From Armatimonadota bacterium (lineage in GTDB: Bacteria; Armatimonadota; UBA5829; DTLH01), in the NCBI GenBank assembly GCA_039680575.1, contig JBDKSP010000077.1, forward strand, positions 1 through 64,000: a DNA stretch of 64,000 nt. Direction: 5' to 3'. This document shows, piece by piece, positions 37,611 through 45,952 of the stretch. The notes under the pieces were generated by a model, which was not told the origin of the DNA, searched no databases, and saw nothing but the letters and a program-made list of their open reading frames with translations. The position numbers and the translations under genes were made by a program. The number at the start of each line of letters is the position of its first letter. The first letter of the stretch is position 1.

Positions 37611-37962
37611 GAAGCCTCACCAACTCAAGGATCTTGTGAGTCACGATCCCAAAGAGCGACTGGGGTACAACAGTCTGCACCCGGTAGTCCTGGCGCTCAA
37701 AACGAACACGATCCTCCACGCGCACATCAAGCTCCGGGAGAACACAAGCTGTGGCATCCGTTCTCTTTGCCAGGTCGACCGGCGGAGTCAGCGAAACTTC
37801 GACCGCGAACGCACAGACTTCCGAAAACTCGCCATCATCAGAGCCGTAAAGGGACTCACCAGCCTGCTTTCTGAGGAGCACTGCCGTCTGACCTGACGCC
37901 GTGATGAGTTCACGAACCTCCGATGCCACTGCTGTCTTCTCCGTATCAGTGAGTATGGTCAT
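37600..37962 (-). CDS. Putative head closure protein
   Basis: Neck position; beta-rich, DRVRF..YRV. Confidence 0.55.
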   Translation of the reverse strand: MTILTDTEKTAVASEVRELITASGQTAVLLRKQAGESLYGSDDGEFSEVCAFAVEVSLTPPVDLAKRTDATACVLPELDVRVEDRVRFERQDYRVQTVVPQSLFGIVTHKILELVRLHGG

Positions 37963-38419
37963 GGTGATGATGATGCCACCGTCCCTGCTCGTATATCACG
38001 GGCCTGAGCGGCTTCGGCGTGATGATCGAGCCGTCATCGACTGTTGCATCAGGCTTCATCTCGCGAAGCCGCTCGTGATATGTTGCCGTCAGGTCTGATT
38101 CAAGCTTTGCCCAGTGCTCCGGCTGGCTCGTCTTGTCCACACGTTTGTCGCCGGATGAAAACGAGAAAGCGTTCGCGGTAGCAGCGCGCATGACCTGGCA
38201 CGCCGCGATCTGCGCCTGAATCAAGAGAAGCTCAAGCGCCTCTCCAACCGGCTCCGGTACGACCTCGCCGCCCGAGACAGACATCTCTAATCCGAGATCC
38301 CTCCCGACAGGAAAGGCGCTCTTCAGAATGCAGCGCGTGAGCACTTCATCCGAAAAGCGTTCCGCTCCCGGGTCGGCAAGATCGGTCCTGAGTGTGCCGA
38401 CGAGATCAGCGAGAGCCAT
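37946..38419 (-). CDS. Putative head-tail adaptor
   Basis: Start MALADL at 38419; LR.DL.D....FSDE.L helical pattern. Confidence 0.6.
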   Translation of the reverse strand: MALADLVGTLRTDLADPGAERFSDEVLTRCILKSAFPVGRDLGLEMSVSGGEVVPEPVGEALELLLIQAQIAACQVMRAATANAFSFSSGDKRVDKTSQPEHWAKLESDLTATYHERLREMKPDATVDDGSIITPKPLRPVIYEQGRWHHHHHDHTH

Positions 38420-38720
38420 CGGCTTCCTCAGTAGAGCCACTGTCCGCAGCATCTCCCGTGGCAGGCGGTGTTACACCCGTCTGCTCCTCGCCCTTTGGCT
38501 CCGGTTTCTGTACCGCCGTCCTGGCGGGTGCCTTCGCCTTCAGCTTAGCCTCGGGCTTTGCCTCTGCCTGGGTTTCCACAGTCGCGAGCATTCCCGCATC
38601 GATGGCTTTCGACATCTGCGGGGTCAGCTTCTCAAGCTCTACGACTTCACCGGGGGCGAGTTTCAGCCCGGCATCAGCAATGATCACGATGCCGGGCCTG
38701 ATGTTCTTTACCTTGGTCAC
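38406..38720 (-). CDS. Hypothetical phage protein
   Basis: AGGAGG RBS; directly follows the capsid gene. Confidence 0.6.
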   Translation of the reverse strand: MTKVKNIRPGIVIIADAGLKLAPGEVVELEKLTPQMSKAIDAGMLATVETQAEAKPEAKLKAKAPARTAVQKPEPKGEEQTGVTPPATGDAADSGSTEEADGSR

Positions 38721-38732
38721 TTCATGTCCTCC

Positions 38733-39593
38733 TTAGGGCTTCACCACGATCTTCGCGAGAATCTCCGGTCGGGTGATGCCTTGGCCAAGCTCCGACCAGA
38801 CGAGCCATCCGGTCTTGAAGCGGGTCTTCTGCTCGATTGCCTCCGTCTTCAGTGACTCCCGGATCGGCATCTTCCCGACCTCGTCATCCGGAACGATAAG
38901 GATCTCGTTGATGTCAGCCGACGCCGTGAGAAGAATCCCGCCGGTGCCGTAGTTCTTGATGACACCCTTCGTGCGCAGCTCGGCTCTCGTCTCCGGGTCG
39001 AGGTCCCAGTCCCTCATATCGTTGAAGCGGCGTCCCCGCATCACGATGTACTTCACCGAGAGTTCCAGATCCTCAATGATGGAGATGGCCTCGTTAAGAG
39101 CCGTGTCAGTGAGCTTGCCACCGGTGACCTCTATTGTGTTCGCCGCCGGCACTGCCGCCGAGAGCACTGTGAGTGTTCTTCGGTCGATTTCCTTCCGTAT
39201 CTCGTCGGCTGAGGACGTCTGGATGTCCATCAGGGTCCCGATGTTGCCGTTCTTCAGGACCGAGACATCAACCATAGGGGTCGAGTGGATCCTGTTTGTC
39301 GGGAACTCCACCTCGTCCTGGCCCAGTTCCTGTTCTCTTGCCTCTCCCTCTGTGCTGATCCAGTAAGCCTTCACCTTCGGCTTCTTCTGGTAGACGGGCC
39401 GCTCGCCTTTCGGGAGGGTGTGCTGCGTGAGGAGAAGCGAAGTGATTTCCTTCCGCTTTATCTCCTGCTCGATGGGTGCCGCTATCGCTGCTGCGAGGGC
39501 GCGCATCCCTTCGGGAGACTCCAAGGCCTCGCTCATGAGGCGAGCCATTGTCTCCATGTATTCCTGGCTGTGAATGTTTGTCTTGTTCTTCAA
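38733..39593 (-). CDS. Major capsid protein (HK97-fold)
   Basis: 286 aa, strong RBS and TTG start, after scaffold and cement genes; C-terminal GITRPEILAKI. Confidence 0.8.
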   Translation of the reverse strand: MKNKTNIHSQEYMETMARLMSEALESPEGMRALAAAIAAPIEQEIKRKEITSLLLTQHTLPKGERPVYQKKPKVKAYWISTEGEAREQELGQDEVEFPTNRIHSTPMVDVSVLKNGNIGTLMDIQTSSADEIRKEIDRRTLTVLSAAVPAANTIEVTGGKLTDTALNEAISIIEDLELSVKYIVMRGRRFNDMRDWDLDPETRAELRTKGVIKNYGTGGILLTASADINEILIVPDDEVGKMPIRESLKTEAIEQKTRFKTGWLVWSELGQGITRPEILAKIVVKP

Positions 39594-39603
39594 GCGCTCC
39601 CTC

Positions 39604-39966
39604 CTATATCAAGAGCAGAAACTTCAGCGTCCCGCTTGCCGAGGATATGGCGCGGGCCACGACTACGTCGCCTACACCGGCACCGGCAGTAAGCTTTCCC
39701 GCAGCAGATACCTTCAGGTCGTCCCCGGCGTTGATGACGCCTTCAAAGACGTCGGTTTCATAGATGCCTCCCATGCAGAAGATTCCGGGCATGTCGCCTG
39801 CCTTGTAGTCCTTGATGAGGATGCCGAAGCTCTTCGCGGTCGGATCGGTGTTAACGGCAAAGAGGTCGTTTCCGGCAAGCTTCACGAACTGGCCGCACGA
39901 CCCCGCGCCCTGCATGTAGCCGTCGCCATAGGCGAGGCCGCGATGGTTAGGATTGAGATATGCCAA
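39604..39966 (-). CDS. Capsid cement/decoration protein
   Basis: Small Gly-rich beta protein between scaffold and capsid. Confidence 0.65.
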   Translation of the reverse strand: MAYLNPNHRGLAYGDGYMQGAGSCGQFVKLAGNDLFAVNTDPTAKSFGILIKDYKAGDMPGIFCMGGIYETDVFEGVINAGDDLKVSAAGKLTAGAGVGDVVVARAISSASGTLKFLLLI

Positions 39967-39983
39967 CTCTTGGTCCTTCCTTT

Positions 39984-42900
39984 CTAGTTCTCGGAGTGGT
40001 CCCCGACGCGTTCGCGGTACGCAGTCATGAAGCCGTCGCGGAGCTTGTCCTCAAGGCTCATCTTCCTGTCGTCCACGTCCGCAGGCCGTACACCAGCCGC
40101 AGTCCTCATGGGCGGCGCAGAAGACGCGGACGCGTTCGGCTTCTCTGCTGATCCCTTGTCCTCAGACTTTTCGGAGCAGCCGCATCCGGACTTCGTCTGG
40201 ATGGCCCGCTCATACGCGGCTTCCGTCGCGGCGAAGGCATCGTCGGAAAGCTCCGCGAGTCTCCCAAGCTCCTTCTCCCGCTCATCGTCGGACGCAAACG
40301 GCATGCCGGACTTCTCGAGCTTTACGATGAGCTTGCCTGCGCGGGTCTTGTTGGCAGCAGCCTTGCTTTCCGCTTGGAGGTCCTGGACCTGCTTCTGGAG
40401 GTCGAGAACCTGCTGTTTCAGGTCCTTGTTCTCCGCCTCAAGCTCCCTTATGCGGGCCTTGTCGTCTACTGGGGGTGCGCCGCCTCCACCTGGTGGTGCG
40501 GCTTTCTTGGCAGCATCCTCGTGCTGCTCATCAGTCTTCTCTTTCTCTTTATCTTCCAATGAGTCGCCTCCTGAAGGTGATTGATCGGTCTGCCTCTCTG
40601 AGGCGACCTGAGTGATACGTGCGTTTTCGTCCGCCCCTTTTCGGTCGAGGAGTCCGAGGCCGGTGAACGTGACTCCGTGCAGGATCTCAAAGACCGGCTT
40701 CCCTTGATACTCCGCGCCTTTGAACTTCCGAAGGTGTACGCAGTAGTCGTTCTTGTTTGAGACGGTCTTCCCGCAGATGGAGCACTCACCGGCCTCGTAG
40801 TCGCACTCCATGGAAACCTGGGCGATGATGCCGCGTTTCATGAGCTTGTAGGCGAGCGCGGCTGTAGGGGAGTCGGCCGTATATAGCTCGCCTGCGCACT
40901 CGACGCGTCCACCGGTCTCGTCCTCCACGAACTCGGAGGAGACGATCCCGCCTACGATGTCCGTGAGGTCCTGGGAGTGCTTGAGGTCAATCTTCTTGTT
41001 GATAGCCGTCGTGTAGCGGGCCGCAAGTTCGTCGGGAGTGAAATGGTCCCCGTTCCTGTTGGTCCCGGCCCGGCACATGATGAACGCAAACTGCGGATCT
41101 GCGGCGTTCTGGTTAAGATCAATAGCCGACGCCGAAAGCGCACTGCCCGAGAGAGCAACATCCACCGGAATGGATGTATGGCAGTTGGCGGCAAGCGAAG
41201 CCGCAGCCGATTTGGGAGCCGACCTTCCGCCGGATGCTATGAAGAGCAACTCGCGGGCGTTCTTTCCGCCGCCTCCGTCACCGGAGACGATGTTATACTC
41301 GATGTCCATTCCCTTGATCCGCACCTGCCCGAAGCGATCCGCGAAGATATCGTGGATCTCCTTCTCCGTCGGGTACGCTCTGTCACGGTAGGACATGATG
41401 ACGGTCTTGTACTTGCCGTGCGACTCGGAGGCGAGGCTGTCGATAAGGGAGTGCATACTTTCCTTGTCGTAAGCAGTTCTCGACTTGTAGCTTCGCCTGC
41501 CGTCATCGAGGAGTTCCTTATCCGCCCAGCAGTTCATAAGCCCCTCGATGAAGTGCATCGCGCCTTCATAGTCGTTGCTGTTGAACTCCGTTACGTACGG
41601 AGGGTCGAGATACAGCACGTCCGCGCCGAACTTTCTAACCGCTTCAACAGCGTCACCCCGATAGGCCTTGCACTCCACACCACTGTCGAACACGAGCCTG
41701 TTCAGCTGGCTTGCGTAACGCTTGAAGCTCTCGACCATCCTGGAGACGGGCACGTTCTTAAGCTGGCTTTCCTGGAGACCCGCCATAGCGTCAAGGTCTG
41801 CTCTCGTGTTGCGCTTCGAGCGGTGGAACTGCCCGAATGCGCTTTTGGCCTTCACCGTGTTGCCGAGAGCCGCCAGGGCGAGGTCCTTCTTGTAGCCGGA
41901 GAGCTTCTGGATGTTCGCCCAGACCTGGTCCAGCCAGAAGAGGACCTTCTTCGTGTAGTAGTAGCCGTAGAAGTTGTCGACGATGAAGGTACCGGCATCC
42001 GGATTTGGAGCCAGTATCCGCTCAATATCTTCATCCGAGAGCGTCTCATGCGAGTTCTCCACGACAGCTCGGGCAACGTGGTATGGAAAGAGCAGAAGGT
42101 CGTTCGCAATGACCTTCATGCCCCTGCGCTTCATGTGGTAAGCCACGTTCGCCCCGCCGGAGAATGCATCGAGGAACGTCTTCGCGTCCTTCGGCACTTG
42201 CCGCTCGATCCAGCCGAGCATCATATACTTGTTGCCCATGAACCCCGTGACCCGGACCGGGTCCATCCCAGCCTGGCATGAGAGTAGATCGAGGTCATCA
42301 CCATACGGCGCATCAGCGAGTGCAGCCATGTTCTCTTCTATGCGCGCAGTGACCTCGGGTGAACAGTCGTCTTCATCATCGGCCTGCGCCGATCGTCCGG
42401 ATTTCGTGCAAACGAAAAGCCGCTCCATGGCGACTGAGTTCTCGGAATGCTTAGATGAGATATGGTACTTGTGCTCCATCGACTGCATCCGGCTCTCTTT
42501 GCCGTTTGCAGAGATGATGTCTTTCATCTCCGACTCGTTCGGGTAGGCGTGGTCGCGGTAGGAGATGAGCCAGTTCGGGATGTGCTTGGCGCTTGTGAGA
42601 AACGTCGTGAAGAACTCACCGGCATTTGCCTTGGTGACCGTCTTATGGTCCGTCTCGTAGTGATGGGTCTTTGAGTCCGAGACGATCTTCAGGCCGTCCC
42701 AATAGGTCATCAGACCCTCGACGAAATGATAGCTCTTCTCGTAGTTCGTCGTCGAAAACTCGGTCGCGTAAGGCGGGTCGAAGTAGGCGAGGTCCACTTT
42801 TGCCGCCGGAAGCGCCTCGTTGATGTCTTTGTTCTCTGCCTTGCACTCCTTACCGGAGTCAAAGATGAGCGCGTTGATGCGGGCGATATTGTCCGCAAAC

Positions 42901-43523
42901 CGCTCCTTGAACTCCTCGGGCGTGTCCTGGCGCTTCCCGTAGTCTGTGGATGAGGAAAAGTGGCCGAAGCCGCCCTTGCCGGACATGCAGGTCTTCCCGA
43001 GAGCGAAGAGAGCGATGTCCTTCTTGTACCCCTCGAGGTTATCAGCGTTTGCCCTAATCTGATCGATGACGCCGTGCACTCCCTTGGCGAAGAAAATCCC
43101 TTTGAAGTTGTCACGGACAAAGGTCCCAGCCTTTGGATTATCCGCAAGGAGTGCCGAGAGTTCATCTTCAGATATCCGGACATTCTTGTTCTCTACGATG
43201 GCCCGGGCAGCGTGGTAGCTGTAGCGAAGCCTATCGTTGGCGATGACCGAGAGACCCTTGGTCTTGTACATATAGGCGACGACCCCGGAGCCTGAGAATG
43301 CATCGATAACCGAATCCACTCCCTCAGGAGTGTGCTTCCAGATCCAGTCGATTAGCTTCTGCTTACTTCCGATATAGTTGGTTATGTATTTCGGACGCTT
43401 GTCTTCCGGCAGCTCCTCCGTGACAAGCTCTGCGCCCTCGGCAACAAGCTCGTCGAGGCGGCGGGACGCGTCTGTCTCAAGAAGAAATGCCAGCCGGTCG
43501 CGGTCCGTGACAAATAGCTGCAT
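39984..43523 (-). CDS. Fusion: two DNA adenine methyltransferases + prohead protease + scaffold
   Basis: YIGSK/DAFSGSG/DPPY and FMGNK/DAFSGG/DPPY domains; then NRNGDHF..KH..VSMEC..CSIC..CVH protease region; then a coiled-coil tail. Confidence 0.85.
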   Translation of the reverse strand: MQLFVTDRDRLAFLLETDASRRLDELVAEGAELVTEELPEDKRPKYITNYIGSKQKLIDWIWKHTPEGVDSVIDAFSGSGVVAYMYKTKGLSVIANDRLRYSYHAARAIVENKNVRISEDELSALLADNPKAGTFVRDNFKGIFFAKGVHGVIDQIRANADNLEGYKKDIALFALGKTCMSGKGGFGHFSSSTDYGKRQDTPEEFKERFADNIARINALIFDSGKECKAENKDINEALPAAKVDLAYFDPPYATEFSTTNYEKSYHFVEGLMTYWDGLKIVSDSKTHHYETDHKTVTKANAGEFFTTFLTSAKHIPNWLISYRDHAYPNESEMKDIISANGKESRMQSMEHKYHISSKHSENSVAMERLFVCTKSGRSAQADDEDDCSPEVTARIEENMAALADAPYGDDLDLLSCQAGMDPVRVTGFMGNKYMMLGWIERQVPKDAKTFLDAFSGGANVAYHMKRRGMKVIANDLLLFPYHVARAVVENSHETLSDEDIERILAPNPDAGTFIVDNFYGYYYTKKVLFWLDQVWANIQKLSGYKKDLALAALGNTVKAKSAFGQFHRSKRNTRADLDAMAGLQESQLKNVPVSRMVESFKRYASQLNRLVFDSGVECKAYRGDAVEAVRKFGADVLYLDPPYVTEFNSNDYEGAMHFIEGLMNCWADKELLDDGRRSYKSRTAYDKESMHSLIDSLASESHGKYKTVIMSYRDRAYPTEKEIHDIFADRFGQVRIKGMDIEYNIVSGDGGGGKNARELLFIASGGRSAPKSAAASLAANCHTSIPVDVALSGSALSASAIDLNQNAADPQFAFIMCRAGTNRNGDHFTPDELAARYTTAINKKIDLKHSQDLTDIVGGIVSSEFVEDETGGRVECAGELYTADSPTAALAYKLMKRGIIAQVSMECDYEAGECSICGKTVSNKNDYCVHLRKFKGAEYQGKPVFEILHGVTFTGLGLLDRKGADENARITQVASERQTDQSPSGGDSLEDKEKEKTDEQHEDAAKKAAPPGGGGAPPVDDKARIRELEAENKDLKQQVLDLQKQVQDLQAESKAAANKTRAGKLIVKLEKSGMPFASDDEREKELGRLAELSDDAFAATEAAYERAIQTKSGCGCSEKSEDKGSAEKPNASASSAPPMRTAAGVRPADVDDRKMSLEDKLRDGFMTAYRERVGDHSEN

Positions 43524-43561
43524 GAATCACTCCGACACTGGTGAGGCCCACTATATGGCCT

Positions 43562-43600
43562 TCTACTTGATATGTACTTCTGGAAACCAGGAAGTGTCGG
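43562..43600 (-). promoter_or_regulatory. Phage late-promoter-like motif, copy 2
   Basis: CCGACA-N16-AGTACATATCAAGTAGA, 38 nt before the MTase-protease ATG. Confidence 0.7.
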
Positions 43601-44024
43601 AGGATACCAGACGTGGTCTTTGATCGGAGTTGGGAGGAGCATCCCAGCCCCTAGAGGGGTCTGGTTCAACCTCCACTATACGCAAAGTTGCTCGACATGC
43701 AGTCAGGCGTGGTCTGCCCAAGGACTACCGGATGGCACAACCATTCGTGGGAATGGACACTTCTTGGGAGTTTACGCGAATGAAAGCTGCGGGCATCGAA
43801 ACCCAGAAGAAACAGGCAGGCTGGCCCCATTTGTATCTTCCGGCATGGATAGAAATACCCGCAGATGTCAACAAATGTGGGTGATGCTATCATGCGAACA
43901 GTGATGCGGCGTGAAGTGGCGGTCGAGTGCCGGATAAGTGCGCGATTGAACGCTTACCACAAGAGCCTGCCCCATTGTCCTGACCGCTCCACGCATTCCC
44001 ACAGTACGCTGTATAATGGCACTG

Positions 44025-45098
44025 ATGGAACGAACACGCATTTACCCAATCTTGCAGGCTGTTCTGGCCGCGGTTCTGTTTGGCGCAAGCACTCCATTTG
44101 CGAAGCTGCTTCTGGGCAGTGTGCATCCACTGGCGTTGGCGGGCTTGCTGTATCTTGGAAGTGGCATCGGCTCGGCACTACTCATGCTGGCGCGACGCTT
44201 GATGCGCCAGAGGGATCAGGCAGAAGCACCTCTGACACGGAGTGACCTACCGTGGCTTTTTGGAGCCGTCGCCGCAGGAGGAGTGGCTGCACCTATCACA
44301 CTGATGCTGAGCCTGAAGGTAACAGCTGCCGCGACTGCATCTCTGTTGCTCAACTTCGAGGGGGTGGCGACAGTCCTCATAGCTGTCTGGTTTCTCCGAG
44401 AAGCCGTCGGACGACGTGTCTGGGCGGCCGCAGCGTGCGTCACTGTCGCAGGTGCATTGCTCTCTGTCGATCTCTCAGGCAGATGGGGTATCTCGCCTGG
44501 AGCCATCGGGGTAGTAGTAGCCTGCATCTTCTGGGGAATAGACAACAACCTGACGCGCAATATCTCCGCGAAAGACCCTCTCCAGATAGTGGCAGCTAAG
44601 GGATTGTCTGCGGGGCTGTTTTCGCTCTCGCTGGCGACAGTGATCGGACAGCGACTTCCCACTCTCGGAAGTGCGGTGACGGCCATGCTCCTTGGCTTTG
44701 TGAGCTATGGAGCCAGCATTATGCTCTTTGTTCTTGCCTTGCGCGGCCTGGGGGCGGCGAGGACGAGTTCGTATTTCGGAGCGGCTCCGTTCATAGGTGC
44801 CATGCTGTCTTTCGTTCTGTTCAGAATGCTGCCGAATGCTTTCTTTGCCCTGTCGATCCCGTTCATGGTGGTCGGAGTTGCCCTGCTTCTCACTGAGGAA
44901 CACGCACACGCACACCAACACCTCGCCATAGAGCATGAGCACCGTCATCGACACGATGGGCTGCACCACGCACATTCGCACGAAGAAGAGGTGAGGGCAG
45001 AGGAGATCCATTCGCACCGACATCGACACGAAGGGAATCGACATTCACATCCTCACGCGCCGGACATTCATCATCGCCATGAGCACGAATCGCCGTAG
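44025..45098 (+). CDS. DMT/EamA transporter with His-rich C-terminus (moron)
   Basis: Ten hydrophobic segments, TASLLLNFE, DNNLTR, HxH-rich tail; TATAAT at 44012-44017, 7 nt before ATG 44025. Confidence 0.9.
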   Translation: MERTRIYPILQAVLAAVLFGASTPFAKLLLGSVHPLALAGLLYLGSGIGSALLMLARRLMRQRDQAEAPLTRSDLPWLFGAVAAGGVAAPITLMLSLKVTAAATASLLLNFEGVATVLIAVWFLREAVGRRVWAAAACVTVAGALLSVDLSGRWGISPGAIGVVVACIFWGIDNNLTRNISAKDPLQIVAAKGLSAGLFSLSLATVIGQRLPTLGSAVTAMLLGFVSYGASIMLFVLALRGLGAARTSSYFGAAPFIGAMLSFVLFRMLPNAFFALSIPFMVVGVALLLTEEHAHAHQHLAIEHEHRHRHDGLHHAHSHEEEVRAEEIHSHRHRHEGNRHSHPHAPDIHHRHEHESP

Positions 45099-45143
45099 CG
45101 TTAGCCAGGCCGCTTACCGCCTGCCAGATGGGCATGTGTCGGT

Positions 45144-45479
45144 TCATTGACGCCCAAGGCCAGCAAGCACTCTCGTCGCGCACTCTTCCGCCGTGACAAA
45201 CTCCTCAGTTTCTGAAATCTCCCCGCACATCCCGCGATACGGCGACATCGCCGCCCGGTGATACTCCGGGAAGTCCTCCGGCAGACTCTTGACGCCGTTC
45301 TCCACCAGCCGGTTGATGACCCAGTCTGCTTCTTCCTGAGCGTCATCATTCCCCGGCAGATACTCCATCAGGATATCGAGCCCCGGCCCGGGCCCCTGCA
45401 CCCAGACGCCGATTGGCTCATAGTGCGGGCTGGTGTCTCGATCCCGAAGAGCATATTCAACCATATATCTCAGCTTCAT
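45144..45479 (-). CDS. Hypothetical protein downstream of MuF
   Basis: ATG 45479 overlaps the upstream stop (ATGA). Confidence 0.65.
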   Translation of the reverse strand: MKLRYMVEYALRDRDTSPHYEPIGVWVQGPGPGLDILMEYLPGNDDAQEEADWVINRLVENGVKSLPEDFPEYHRAAMSPYRGMCGEISETEEFVTAEECATRVLAGLGRQ

Positions 45480-45952
45480 TCCCACGTCTCCGCTATCCGC
45501 ACGTGCTCCTCCATAAGCTCTAGGTCTATCTCCTCGAACATCTGCTGGTTCGCTGCCTTGTAGCTCTGCCAAGTCCTCCAATCCAACACCATGTCGTGCT
45601 CTGAAACATCCATGATGAGTTCGATGTGGAACCTGCGGCCCCGGTCATCAGTCAGATCGAGGAGGTAGGTATCATCCCGGCTCCAAGCGACGACCTTTAT
45701 CGTGTGGGAATACTGCCAGCCGTTGTGGTAGCCCGCGGACTTGAAGAGGAGCCAGAAGTCGATCTTGGTCACGTTGCCCGAACTATCGAAATGTGGCGAA
45801 ACTCGTGTAACGATGTAGCTGTCGATTAGGCCAAACTCAAGCGGTTCGTCTCTACCTTCCCGCATATCCATCCAGGAGCCGTCCCTGTTGAACGCATCAA
45901 AGAGCGACTGTAGCTTTGCTTTTTCCTCTGCTATGAAGTCTTTCATCATCAC
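45476..45952 (-). CDS. Hypothetical acidic protein, immunity candidate
   Basis: Start overlaps the MuF stop; acidic. Confidence 0.65.
   Translation of the reverse strand: MMMKDFIAEEKAKLQSLFDAFNRDGSWMDMREGRDEPLEFGLIDSYIVTRVSPHFDSSGNVTKIDFWLLFKSAGYHNGWQYSHTIKVVAWSRDDTYLLDLTDDRGRRFHIELIMDVSEHDMVLDWRTWQSYKAANQQMFEEIDLELMEEHVRIAETWE

Noticed and set aside
37946..37980. Poly-His C-terminus of the head-tail adaptor
   Set aside because: Short CAT/CAC run in a gene-overlap zone; no support for function without homologs.
40977..42281. 434-aa plus-strand ORF (and the similar 46822-47808)
   Set aside because: Antisense shadows of GC-rich, codon-biased phage genes.
43601..44010. Short ORFs and hairpins between the MTase gene and the DMT gene
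   Set aside because: No RBS, motif or RNA family recognisable.
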